Counted from the stretch's first letter, positions 32,302 through 41,832 are shown. The stretch is 64,000 nt of DNA from an uncultured delta proteobacterium (GCA_963845145.1 CAWJQU010000001.1:224001-288000); one strand, 5' to 3'. The notes: generated by a model not told the origin, from the letters alone. Made by a program: numbers and translations.

Positions 32302-32823
32302 ATGAAAAAAATGATTCACCTGCTGGTCGTGGGTATGTTGGTGTTAGGCCTATCCGTCCCAGCCATGGCCAAGAACAAATTCGTAAAAGAAGTTGAAAAG
32401 GAAACCGCAGCCGTCAAGCTGCTCCGAGAGGTAAAGCGGGGGGGCTATGATGTGGTCACCACAGAAGAGCTCAAAAAGTGGATGGACAATGGGCAAAAGA
32501 TGTTGGTGGTGGATACCATGCCGTATGCCGACAGTTATAAAAAACAACATGTGCCCGGTGCCGTCCAGTTCCTCTTTCCCATTCCGGAAATGGACGCGTG
32601 GAACACCAAGGAAACAGACGGAAAGACACAAGAAGACTTTGTGAAACTATTAGGTGATGACAAAGGCAAACCCATCGTCATCTATTGTGGCTTCGTTAAA
32701 TGCACCCGCAGCCACAATGGCGCCGCCTGGGCCGTCAAGCTCGGCTATAAAAATGTCTATCGTTATTCCGGTGGCATTTTCGCCTGGAAAGGCGCCAAAT
32801 ATCCAGTTGGGAAGGTGAGATAA
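32302..32823 (+). CDS. exported rhodanese-like domain protein
   Basis: signal peptide; VDTMP, HVPGA, active loop YCGFVKCTRS, GGIFAW. Confidence 0.9.
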   Translation: MKKMIHLLVVGMLVLGLSVPAMAKNKFVKEVEKETAAVKLLREVKRGGYDVVTTEELKKWMDNGQKMLVVDTMPYADSYKKQHVPGAVQFLFPIPEMDAWNTKETDGKTQEDFVKLLGDDKGKPIVIYCGFVKCTRSHNGAAWAVKLGYKNVYRYSGGIFAWKGAKYPVGKVR

Positions 32824-32843
32824 GTAGATACACGAGGTGCACG

Positions 32844-33419
32844 ATGCTCGATCGATTAAATCAACATAGGTCTCGAACCGAGGCGTTGGTTGCGCAGTTA
32901 AAAGAAGAAGCCCGTCATTTGTACCTGTCGCGCCGGTTCTTGTGCGCTGAAGCTGTCATGGTGACCTTGAACAAGGGCCTGGGTGGCGATCTAAGCGAAT
33001 CCCAGGCCGGTGCCCTGGCCGCCCCTTTTAGTGTGGCCATGGGGCAAAGCGGATGTATCTGTGGTGCATTGAGCGGTGCTGTTTTGGCCTGCGGCCAATT
33101 TTTAGGAAACAATCGACGCTCCCGGACTTCGCGTGCGTATGCCCGACAACTACACGATTCGTTCAAAACAGCCAACGGAGCGACTTGTTGCCGAGTGCTC
33201 ACCCGGAAAGTCAAACACGATAAGCAGGCCCATTTCCAGCAGTGTGCCGATTTGACAGCTGACACAACGGAAATGGCTGCGATATTGATTCTTCATAAAC
33301 GGCCTGAACTTATCGCGCAAGCCGGCAATGATCTTCTCCTCAGGCGTTACTCTAAAATCGGCGATACCATGACTCGGCTGTTACGCTTTTTTCACAATAA
33401 AAAAATTCTAACTTCTTAA
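32844..33419 (+). CDS. C-GCAxxG-C-C family putative redox protein
   Basis: CAEAV, GCICGALSG, TCC and QC motifs. Confidence 0.88.
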   Translation: MLDRLNQHRSRTEALVAQLKEEARHLYLSRRFLCAEAVMVTLNKGLGGDLSESQAGALAAPFSVAMGQSGCICGALSGAVLACGQFLGNNRRSRTSRAYARQLHDSFKTANGATCCRVLTRKVKHDKQAHFQQCADLTADTTEMAAILILHKRPELIAQAGNDLLLRRYSKIGDTMTRLLRFFHNKKILTS

Positions 33420-33434
33420 AGGAGGCAAAACACC

Positions 33435-34265
33435 ATGGGGAAAACAACCATTCGAATGTTAGTCATTTTCTTTACTTTTTGTTTCTTGGCTTCACCTTGT
33501 TTCGGTGAAGCCTTGGATGCCTTTGAGGGACAAAAAGGAACCCTTAGGATCGCCGGCGGTACAGCCCACATCCCTGTGATGAAGGAAGCGGCCAAACGGA
33601 TCATTTCACGCTACAAGGACATCGTGATCACCGTGGCCGGCGGCGGCTCGGGCGTCGGCATCAAGCAGGTAGGCGAGGGACTCGTGGACATCGGTAACTC
33701 AGGCCGAAAACCCAAACCGGAAGAGATCGATCGATATGGCCTCAAAATGTATAAATGGGCCATTGACGGCGTCGGTGTGGTAGTCAATCCGGCAAATCCT
33801 GTAAAAGCCCTGACTAAGGCACAGTTGAAGGATGTTTTCTCCGGGGAAATTAGCAACTGGGCGGCCTTGGGCGGCGCCGATCACGCTATTACTCTCTACA
33901 CGCGGGATGAATCCAGCGGAACCCGTGCCGTTTTCTGGAAAAAAGCCCTGGGCAAGGGGGACATCAGTACCAAAGCGCTTTTCGTCATGTCTAATGGGGC
34001 GATGAAAACCGCCGTTGCCAATGACCTCTACGCGCTCGGCTATGTTTCTGTTGGCCATATGGACGAGAGCATAGCCCCGGTGGCCCTTGATGGCGTAACG
34101 CCAACCCTGGAAATCGTAAAAAACGGTCAATACGAGGTGGCCCGCGGATTATACAGCAACACCAAAGGTGATCCCAAAGGTTTGACGCAGCTGTTCATAG
34201 CGTATCTTTTCACGCCCGAAGGACAGAAGATCGTAGCAGATAAGGGTTTTATCCCGGTAAAATGA
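33435..34265 (+). CDS. PstS-like ABC transporter substrate-binding protein (atypical)
   Basis: GGGSGVGI, DIGNSGR, AIDGV, RDESSGTR; first ligand motif reads GGTAH. Confidence 0.85.
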   Translation: MGKTTIRMLVIFFTFCFLASPCFGEALDAFEGQKGTLRIAGGTAHIPVMKEAAKRIISRYKDIVITVAGGGSGVGIKQVGEGLVDIGNSGRKPKPEEIDRYGLKMYKWAIDGVGVVVNPANPVKALTKAQLKDVFSGEISNWAALGGADHAITLYTRDESSGTRAVFWKKALGKGDISTKALFVMSNGAMKTAVANDLYALGYVSVGHMDESIAPVALDGVTPTLEIVKNGQYEVARGLYSNTKGDPKGLTQLFIAYLFTPEGQKIVADKGFIPVK

Positions 34266-35119
34266 AAGCTTCCAGGGAAGTCATCGCAAGAAGCGTATTT
34301 CTTTTCTGTACAATGGCCAGTGCGGTCATCACCTCGTCCATCTTTTTATTCATGATCGCACTCAGCCTTCCCCTTTTTAAGGAAAACGCATATTTTTCTG
34401 TCTGGACCGGACCATGGGCTCCCCATCAGGGGCTTTACGGCATACTCCCCATGATCTCAGGCACCCTGTGGATTGCCCTTCTGGCCACGGTCTTGTGCCT
34501 GCCCCTTTCCCTGGGAACGGCTTTTGTGATCACCGGTTTGGGTGGGTCGCATTTGCGGAGAATACTGGGTGTCCTGATTCGATTCATGACCGGCATTCCT
34601 ACGGTGATTTACGGGTTCGTGGGTATCTTCCTTCTGGTCCCGCTGATACGGAAGGGATTCGGCGGGGCGGGGATGAGCGTACTGGCGGCCGGAATCGTCC
34701 TGGCCATACTTATCAGCCCCACCATGATCCTTTTTTTTATAGACAGCTTGCTGGCTGTGGACGCAGCATATGTTCAGGCGGCCAAGGCGCTAGGCGCCGG
34801 CCGTGTGCAACGGCTGCTGTACGTGATGATACCCAACGCTCTGGGCGGCATGACATCAGGTTTTATCCTCGCCCTGGGTCGTGCCCTCGGGGACACTCTC
34901 ATTGCGCTGATGCTGGCCGGAAACGCTATCCGCGCGCCGCGTGGATTCCTGGAGCCGGCCAGGACGCTGACCGCGCATATCGCCCTGGTAAAGGCCGCCG
35001 ACTTTAATAGTCTGGAGTTCCGATCCATCTTTGCCTGCGGTATCGCCCTGTATCTGTTTACGACCGCCGCCGTTGTTTCGGTGAGGCTCATGGAGCACAA
35101 GAGGAGTGCAATGCCATGA
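34262..35119 (+). CDS. PstC-like ABC permease
   Basis: W.P..G.YGILPMISGT, GIPTVIYG, GRALGDT. Confidence 0.88.
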   Translation: MKASREVIARSVFLFCTMASAVITSSIFLFMIALSLPLFKENAYFSVWTGPWAPHQGLYGILPMISGTLWIALLATVLCLPLSLGTAFVITGLGGSHLRRILGVLIRFMTGIPTVIYGFVGIFLLVPLIRKGFGGAGMSVLAAGIVLAILISPTMILFFIDSLLAVDAAYVQAAKALGAGRVQRLLYVMIPNALGGMTSGFILALGRALGDTLIALMLAGNAIRAPRGFLEPARTLTAHIALVKAADFNSLEFRSIFACGIALYLFTTAAVVSVRLMEHKRSAMP

Positions 35120-36000
35120 TGCATGGTTTTGCGGAAAAGACGGTCGTGGTTTTCTCTTGGGTGATGACCTTCGTCCTTTGCCTGTCTGTGTCGATTTTTT
35201 TGGGGCACCTATTGATCAAAGGGCTCCCGAGCCTCGGAATGGAGCTGATTTTCGGTCAGGCAGATCCACTCAAGGCGCTTACCGGTCGCGCCCGGGTCTT
35301 TGACGGGATCTTCCCGGCCATCGTGGGAACTCTTTGCCTGGTCGTATCTTCAACCATCCTTGCCGTACCGGTAGGGGTGTGTTCAGGAATCTATCTCGCA
35401 GAGTATGCGGGATCCGCAACAAAGAAACTTTTCGGATTTTTTTTCGACATTCTGGCTGGCATCCCGTCCATTGTCATCGGTCTGTTCGGCTTCAGCCTCG
35501 CTGTTTTCCTGCACAACCACTTTTATAACCGTTTTGGGCCTTGTCTGCTCATCAGTGCCCTGTCGCTTGCCGTACTCGTACTACCCTATATCGTCCGAAG
35601 CACCCAGACATCTCTGGAAGAGCTGCCGGCGGGCATCCGCAAAACCGCCCTTGCCCTTGGAGCAAACAAATTGCAGAACATCGCCTATGTATTGATTCCG
35701 CGCGCGCTTTCCGGCATTAGCTCGGGCATTATCCTCGCCATTGGCAGATGTGCCGAGGATACAGCGGTTATCCTGCTGACAGGCGTGGTGGCCACCGCCG
35801 GTATGCCGTCTTCCCTGTTGTCGCAATACGAAGCGCTGCCCTTTTATATTTACTACATATCCAATCAGTATACGAACCAGGCAGAGTTGTCCAAAGGGTA
35901 TGGGGCTTGCCTGGTTTTATTGGGAGTCTGCGCCGTTTTATTCATGCTGGCATATGGGATGAAAAAACATTTATCTTACCGAACACTTTATAGGGCATAG
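35116..36000 (+). CDS. PstA-like ABC permease
   Basis: GIFPAIVGT, IYLAEYA, LAGIPSIVIGLFG, GRCAEDTA. Confidence 0.88.
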   Translation: MMHGFAEKTVVVFSWVMTFVLCLSVSIFLGHLLIKGLPSLGMELIFGQADPLKALTGRARVFDGIFPAIVGTLCLVVSSTILAVPVGVCSGIYLAEYAGSATKKLFGFFFDILAGIPSIVIGLFGFSLAVFLHNHFYNRFGPCLLISALSLAVLVLPYIVRSTQTSLEELPAGIRKTALALGANKLQNIAYVLIPRALSGISSGIILAIGRCAEDTAVILLTGVVATAGMPSSLLSQYEALPFYIYYISNQYTNQAELSKGYGACLVLLGVCAVLFMLAYGMKKHLSYRTLYRA

Positions 36001-36030
36001 GGAGGTGCCGGGCAGGCTGATACGGTGTTG

Positions 36031-36738
36031 ATGGAAACCAAGGATAAAATAATCGTCAAAGGGGTAAGCTTCTTTTATGGCCGAAACCAGGTGCTGGACA
36101 ACATTTGCTCAAAATTTGCGGAACATGCCATTACAGCAATTACGGGGCCTTCCGGGCATGGCAAATCTACGCTGTTGGGACTGTTCAATTGTATGTGGAA
36201 CGAGGTCCCCGGTGCCCGTTGTATTGGTGAAATCCGGATTCGGCTTGGCGATGACTGGGTATCCCCGCTGCAAAAAGATATCCCCATGCCGCTATTGCGC
36301 CGAAAGGTCGCCATGATTTTCCAGGAACCCAACCCATTGCCCATGAGCATTGCCGGAAACATGGCTTTTCCTCTGAAGCTTACCGGCGTTCGTGATAAAA
36401 TTATCATCAAAGAAAAAATTCGGAAAGCACTTAAACAGGCCTTTCTATGGGAGGAAGTGAAAGACCGCCTGGAAGAAAGCGCGCTGGATCTGTCCGGCGG
36501 ACAGAAGCAGCGACTTTGCATCGCCCGGGCACTTGTCCTGGAGCCGGAGGCACTGTTATGCGACGAACCCACCAGTTCCCTTGACACAAAGGCGGCCGGG
36601 GTTATCGAAGAGCTTCTCATTCAACTGAAGGCACATTGCACGCTTCTGGTTGTTTCTCACAATCAAGAACAGGTTCAACGGATTGCAGACCATGCCGTGG
36701 AGCTCCAGGATCGCAGGCTGAGACACGTTCCGAGATGA
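36031..36738 (+). CDS. PstB-like ABC ATPase
   Basis: GPSGHGKST, FQEPNPLPMSI, LWEEVKDRL, LSGGQKQRLCIAR. Confidence 0.88.
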   Translation: METKDKIIVKGVSFFYGRNQVLDNICSKFAEHAITAITGPSGHGKSTLLGLFNCMWNEVPGARCIGEIRIRLGDDWVSPLQKDIPMPLLRRKVAMIFQEPNPLPMSIAGNMAFPLKLTGVRDKIIIKEKIRKALKQAFLWEEVKDRLEESALDLSGGQKQRLCIARALVLEPEALLCDEPTSSLDTKAAGVIEELLIQLKAHCTLLVVSHNQEQVQRIADHAVELQDRRLRHVPR

Positions 36739-36784
36739 TGAAGCCGGGTTGGATTCATCAGGTTAGTGACATGGACAAACCGCT

Positions 36785-37294
36785 ATGAAGTACTTGCACA
36801 TCAGTGCGAAGGTCGAGCGCCGTATTGAAAGTCTCAAGAGATCCGGCAAAGTAGGAACAATATTGGCGCATAAAGCGACCCGCATTATCAAATGCCTTAC
36901 ATCTGGAGCCATCCGGCACCACATGGATGCGATTGGCAGTTACACCAAGTACGGTGAGAAACGCATCAAGAATTGTCGCAAATACGATCTGGGATGCGGT
37001 TATCGGTTGATCACCCTGAAGCGCGGATTGAAGGTTTTTATCCCCTTTTTAGGAACGCACGATGAGTGTCGGCGATGGCTGGAAAACAACAGCCGGCTAA
37101 AAGAGGTTGTTTCTGGAAATGGTGCATTATTCCTGATTTTTCACAAATCACAGCCGCTCACAAGTCCGGCAAACGTCGATTCCGGGAATCTCGGAAAGAA
37201 TGCTGAAGATAAAGTGCTCTTGAAAGTAAGTGATAAAGATTTACGGCGCGTGTTCTCCGGTCTGGTTGAAGGGGCAAAAAAGCGACCACAGTAA
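36785..37294 (+). CDS. hypothetical protein, possible RelE/ParE-like fold
   Basis: 169-aa basic ORF with KYDLGCGYRLIT..FLGTHDEC..WL. Confidence 0.6.
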   Translation: MKYLHISAKVERRIESLKRSGKVGTILAHKATRIIKCLTSGAIRHHMDAIGSYTKYGEKRIKNCRKYDLGCGYRLITLKRGLKVFIPFLGTHDECRRWLENNSRLKEVVSGNGALFLIFHKSQPLTSPANVDSGNLGKNAEDKVLLKVSDKDLRRVFSGLVEGAKKRPQ

Positions 37295-37485
37295 GCTTGT
37301 TGCATTTTAGCCTTAAAATTTGAAGTCTTTTGTATCGAAATGATGTCAGCAATGAATATGGAATTTATTTTCATTTGCCTGAATCAAAACAAAGTCCCGG
37401 TTGTATCAATAATTGGAGTGATGAACCGGCGGCCAATCCTGATTGAAGATGCCGATTCATGTATGCCGCTAAAAGGAGAACACCC

Positions 37486-38535
37486 ATGGGGAATACCAAA
37501 AGAATACATCTAACTGAGACGGTAACGGGTGCCGGCTGAGCGTCCAAATTGGCTCCGGGGGACCTGGACAAGGCCTTGCACGGGTTGGCATTTCCTACAG
37601 ATAAAAACGTCCTTATCGGCCTTGATCGTGCCGACGATGCCGGGGTTTACCGAATTGCGGATGACCTGGCGTTAATCCAAACCGTCGATTTTTTCACTCC
37701 CGTCGTAGACGACCCGTATGCGTTTGGACAGATTGCCGCCGCCAACGCCTTGAGCGATGTATATGCCATGGGGGGCACCCCCAAAACCGCCATGAATTTG
37801 GTGGCCTTTCCGGCCAAGGAGATGGACCTGGCCATCCTGCGACAAATAATCGAAGGTGGCATTGACAAGCTTAAAGAGGCCGAAGTCGTTCTGATCGGCG
37901 GACATAGCATCGTGGACAAAGAGATCAAGTACGGTTTATCCGTCACCGGTGTGATTCACCCGGCACGGGTACTGGCCAAAAAGAACCTTCGCCCGGGTGA
38001 CCGTTTGGTGCTGACCAAACCGCTGGGCAGCGGCATCGTCAACACGGCGATCAAGGCGACCATGGCCTCCGAGGCGATGATTAAAAAAGTCACCTGTTTG
38101 ATGGCCACCCTGAATCGGGATGCCGCCCGAATAATGGATCATTTTGATATCGGTGGTTGTACTGACATCACCGGCTTCGGCCTGCTGGGTCACCTGGCGG
38201 AAATGGTTTCCGGTTCAGGGGTGAGTGCATGCATCAATGCCCGCAAGGTGCCGGTTATTCCCGAGGCGTTGGCATTTGCGACCATGGGCCTCATCCCTGC
38301 CGGGGCGTACCACAACAAGGCACATCGAGAGACGATGATCACACTTGCCGAAACTGTGCCACGTGAACATCAAGATGTGCTCTTCGACCCGCAGACCTCG
38401 GGAGGGCTGTTGATCAGTGTGGCCGAGAAACAGGCCGTCGCCCTGGTTGCGTCCCTTAAAACAGGCGGTGTAGAGGATGCCGAGATAATCGGTGCTGTCA
38501 TTGATGACTCTAAAGAGGAAATAACAGTCGTTTGA
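37486..38535 (+). CDS. selD: selenide, water dikinase; selenoprotein (Sec at codon 18)
   Basis: AGGAG RBS, ATG 37486, GAG-U-ASKL with TGA at 37537-37539 in frame with ORF 37549-38535; DDAGV, TVDFFTP, TDITGFGLLGH, DPQTSGGLL. Confidence 0.95.
37554..37569 (+). promoter_or_regulatory. candidate bacterial SECIS hairpin
   Basis: UCCGGG-GGA-CCUGGA stem-loop with G-led loop about 20 nt after the UGA. Confidence 0.6.
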
Positions 38536-38588
38536 TTTTGCATATGATGCAAGTCGACCACCATAAATCCAACCAGGAGGTAATTTTC

Positions 38589-39185
38589 ATGAAAAATATT
38601 GATGCCCGCGGCCTGGCATGCCCGGCACCCGTACTTCAAACAAAGGCTGCCTTACAGGAAGAGAAACCCAGCAGTGTAAGGGTGGTTGTCGACAATGCAG
38701 CTTCCCAACAAAATGTTCAGCGGTTTCTGGAATCCCAGGGTTTTCAGACGGTGCTGGGACAAAACGGGGACGACTACTTTGTCAGCGGGAGTTGTGACTC
38801 GATGCCCTCGGAGCAGCTTCAACCTCCCCCGGAACCGTCTATCGATGCGAAAAAAATCATGGTCCTGTGCGCCACTGACCGGATCGGTTTCGGCGACGAT
38901 GCGCTGGGCTTAAAGCTCATGGTCAATTTCCTGCGCACACTAAAGGAAATGGATGATGAGCTGTGGCGGCTGGTGTTCGTAAACAACGGTGTCAAATTGA
39001 CCATCGCGGGCGCTGAGGTGTTTCATGACCTGAAGGCTTATGAAGAAGCGGGCCTCAATATCCTGGTCTGCGGCACCTGTCTGGAACATTTCGACCTGTT
39101 GGATAAAAAGCGGGTCGGTGAAACCACCAACATGCTCGATATCGTCACTGCCATGCAATTGGCCGACAAGGTGATAAATATCTAG
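38589..39185 (+). CDS. yedF: sulfurtransferase-like selenium metabolism protein (TusA + DsrE domains)
   Basis: IDARGLACPAPV TusA motif; G.GDDALG.KLM..F and CGTCL; adjacent to selD. Confidence 0.92.
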   Translation: MKNIDARGLACPAPVLQTKAALQEEKPSSVRVVVDNAASQQNVQRFLESQGFQTVLGQNGDDYFVSGSCDSMPSEQLQPPPEPSIDAKKIMVLCATDRIGFGDDALGLKLMVNFLRTLKEMDDELWRLVFVNNGVKLTIAGAEVFHDLKAYEEAGLNILVCGTCLEHFDLLDKKRVGETTNMLDIVTAMQLADKVINI

Positions 39186-39214
39186 TGATTTAGAAAAAAA
39201 CGCCTTCAGGTAAA

Positions 39215-39243
39215 GCAGCTGATCGGCACTTACGATCAGCTGC
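39215..39243. terminator. perfect 11-bp hairpin between convergent yedF and porin genes
   Basis: GCAGCTGATCG-gcactta-CGATCAGCTGC. Confidence 0.6.
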
Positions 39244-39261
39244 TGGGGAAACTTCGAGGTT

Positions 39262-40449
39262 TTAAAACCCAAAGATCAGTTGAGTAGTAAATGTCCTGTT
39301 GGATTTGCCGGTACCACCGTATTCTTTATCATAGTCATTATCATGAAAGTACTCGAGTGTCAGGCTTGTGCCTTTAAAAATGCCAATTTCAACAGCTCCG
39401 ATAATGCGGCTTTCAGGCAGCCCTAAACAGACTGCTTCCCGGCTTTCCTGATACCCAATGGCGAATGTTGTTTCTCGGTTGTTTAACCCAATATTATACG
39501 CTATCTCAACGTTCCACGCTTTGGGTTGAGCCCCATGGATATTATAGGCAATCTCAGTATTCGCAAATTCTTCCATTGCCTGCACATATTCACCGATAAA
39601 AACCAAATGGCCATAACCGGCAGTCAGATGGACACACATTCCGGCCACCCGTTCCTCAATTTTTTCGATGCCGTTTTCATCGAGAAATTGCGTGATACCA
39701 TCCGAATCGGCTATGTTGTTGACCCATCCAATTCCAACGTCGGCGTAAATACTATCCTGTTTAAAATGATACCCGCCCTGGGCTCCGAAACCATCTATAG
39801 TATCACTGGTGCCGTTTTCAATCATACCCTTGTAGCTGAAAACGTTGCCGAAAAATCCATATTGCTCAAGCCCAAGCGCAATACCCGTCTCCCCGACCTC
39901 GCCTATTTCAAGGGGCAGAGGGTCTTGAACCATATGAGTCGCAAAGTTGCCAAAGGGCATGTAGAACTTTCCGGCGGTCATGAACAGAGGCGTTCTCTCT
40001 GAGTTTCCCAATCTAATCGTTGCCACGTCGATAGATACATAGCTATCCTCCGCGTCGCCATCATACTTTGTAAGGATATGCCCCGTTGCCCAGTCGGTTG
40101 CCTGAACATCTAATTCCAACTCAACTGCGGCCACAGCAACGTCACTAAAACGCTCACCTTCAAAGTTTTTACCGAAAACCGCTTCTAGTTCGAGAGCACC
40201 CGATAACGTAACGTATTCGTTTATATTTTCAAAACGGTTCTTCTCTTCGGTTGGCACATTTGCTTTTTGACTACTTTCTCCTGATTCGACAATCTGCCAG
40301 GTTAATGGCTCCATATCACTTTTTAAAAGAGTTACATCTCGCACCACCACTTTACCCGGTGGAATTTGACTTTCATAATGACCATATGTTTGGCCGGTCA
40401 AGGCACAAATAATCGCTACCAGTATGCAGATACGAATTGCCCGTTTCAT
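39262..40449 (-). CDS. outer-membrane porin, LbtU-like family
   Basis: signal peptide; LSGALELEA, GKFYMPFG.F.T..V.DPL.LEIGE, P.AWNVE; C-terminal Phe. Confidence 0.85.
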   Translation of the reverse strand: MKRAIRICILVAIICALTGQTYGHYESQIPPGKVVVRDVTLLKSDMEPLTWQIVESGESSQKANVPTEEKNRFENINEYVTLSGALELEAVFGKNFEGERFSDVAVAAVELELDVQATDWATGHILTKYDGDAEDSYVSIDVATIRLGNSERTPLFMTAGKFYMPFGNFATHMVQDPLPLEIGEVGETGIALGLEQYGFFGNVFSYKGMIENGTSDTIDGFGAQGGYHFKQDSIYADVGIGWVNNIADSDGITQFLDENGIEKIEERVAGMCVHLTAGYGHLVFIGEYVQAMEEFANTEIAYNIHGAQPKAWNVEIAYNIGLNNRETTFAIGYQESREAVCLGLPESRIIGAVEIGIFKGTSLTLEYFHDNDYDKEYGGTGKSNRTFTTQLIFGF

Positions 40450-40764
40450 ATAAATCTCCTTAATTGAAATACCACAACTCGACTATCTTCATGATATGGT
40501 TAGGTCATGGCAAAAAAACCTTAACAAAAAATATCTATTAATCCGACTTCGAACCGGAAATTGATTGCGCTTTGATTCAGTGTTGTTTTATTAAATCGGA
40601 CTCTGACCTAACACATCGCCAAATCACCTCCTTAATGTTTCCAATGCCCACTTCAATCAATTTAAAAACGGCCTCTTTACCAACCTGATTGTGAAAACCT
40701 TTTCCCAAGAAAAAAGGAAAAAGTTATTTTTAACACCCACCTGTTTCAAATCAAAAAACGACGC

Positions 40765-40872
40765 AAAAAAAAACCACGTCAGGTTTGGCCCCTCTCGGGG
40801 AACCGGTAACCTTCGTGGTTTCTATGTTCGAATTGCTGTAATGATTTGAATAACCTATCTACAGACAGGCTT
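40765..40872 (-). promoter_or_regulatory. leader element copy B: small hairpin plus CCACGAAGG..CGTGG-polyU attenuator hairpin
   Basis: minus strand AGCCTGTC-TGTA-GATAGGTT then AACCACGAAGGTT..CCCC-GAGA-GGGG..AACCTGACGTGGTT-T tract. Confidence 0.7.
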
Positions 40873-41027
40873 ATATAATTTACCTTCGTCAATTTTATCG
40901 GGTTTGTCAACTTTTTTCCGGGTATAAAAAGTTGCATTGGTGGGGATATCGAATGTCCGTTTGTTTTGAATCACTTCTTTTCAGGCGTTGTTTTAAATCG
41001 ATTTGATTCGGATCCAAAATTTCTTAT

Positions 41028-41056
41028 TTGACATCCTTAACAAATTCGTTTAAAAG
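41028..41056 (+). promoter_or_regulatory. putative sigma-70 promoter
   Basis: TTGACA-17 nt-TAAAAG just upstream of leader copy A. Confidence 0.5.
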
Positions 41057-41065
41057 CTTTTATAA

Positions 41066-41170
41066 AAGTCGTCTGAAGACGAGTTACCAAAATTACAATT
41101 AAGCACAGTTTAAAGGCCACGAAGGCTTTTGGTTCTCATAAAGGAGAACCGATTAGCTCGTGGCTTTTTT
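41066..41170 (+). promoter_or_regulatory. leader element copy A: small hairpin plus CCACGAAGG..CGTGG-polyU attenuator hairpin
   Basis: TCGTC-TGAA-GACGA then GCCACGAAGGCT..GGTTCTC-ATAAAG-GAGAACC..AGCTCGTGGC-TTTTTT. Confidence 0.75.
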
Positions 41171-41206
41171 ATTTTTAGAGACTGCGGAAACATAGGAGAT
41201 ATTCAG

Positions 41207-41629
41207 ATGAAACGGGTTTGCGTCATTGATGGCCAGGGTGGTGGCATCGGTGCAACGCTGATCAAATATTTGAGAGTACAATTCGGCGAACAGTTGGAGG
41301 TGATCGCATTGGGGACCAATGCCATAGCCACGGCCCAAATGCTAAAAGCCGGTGCTAATAAAGGTGCTTCCGGTGAGAATGCCATTTGTCGGACAGTTTC
41401 CGGTGTCGATTGTATTGTCGGGCCCATTGCGATTACCTGGGCCAATGCCATGTTGGGAGAACTAACCCCCCGGATGGCTACGGCCATCATGTCAAGTTCA
41501 GCCTTAAAAATTCTCCTGCCCCTTTTTCAGGAAGAGGCGGAAATCGTCGGGCTGATCAAGGAACCACTGCCACATTTAGTAGAAGCGGCAATCGTCAGGA
41601 TAAAGAAGGAGGTTATTCGAAATGTGTGA
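41207..41629 (+). CDS. DUF3842 family protein
   Basis: VIDGQGGGIG, ALGTNAIAT..MLKAGA..GASGENA, LGELTP.MA. Confidence 0.9.
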   Translation: MKRVCVIDGQGGGIGATLIKYLRVQFGEQLEVIALGTNAIATAQMLKAGANKGASGENAICRTVSGVDCIVGPIAITWANAMLGELTPRMATAIMSSSALKILLPLFQEEAEIVGLIKEPLPHLVEAAIVRIKKEVIRNV

Positions 41630-41819
41630 AGCAAATGCCTACTGGATCAACGATGGTAAAGAGGAATTGATCATGGAATCCGTAGATATTTTGGAGCCGG
41701 AAGAGAATAACTCTTGGCTCTTGGTGGGAATCTTCGGTGACCGGAAACATATCAAGGCCCATATTAAGAAGATGAATCTCGTGAACCATAAAATATTTTT
41801 TGAAGCGATTATTGAATAA
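41622..41819 (+). CDS. CooT family nickel-binding protein
   Basis: [25 protein letters not shown] pattern. Confidence 0.88.
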   Translation: MCEANAYWINDGKEELIMESVDILEPEENNSWLLVGIFGDRKHIKAHIKKMNLVNHKIFFEAIIE

Positions 41820-41832
41820 AAAGGAGATATCC

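Noticed and set aside
40540..41015. Two roughly 65-bp imperfect palindromes (40540-40607, 40952-41015) as MITE or attC sites
   Set aside because: Similarity is weak, attC core sites are not satisfied and there is no integrase
41081..41106. NikR-type operator GAGTTAC-N12-TAAGCAC inside leader A
   Set aside because: Imperfect and not matched with the same spacing in leader B; kept only as an alternative explanation
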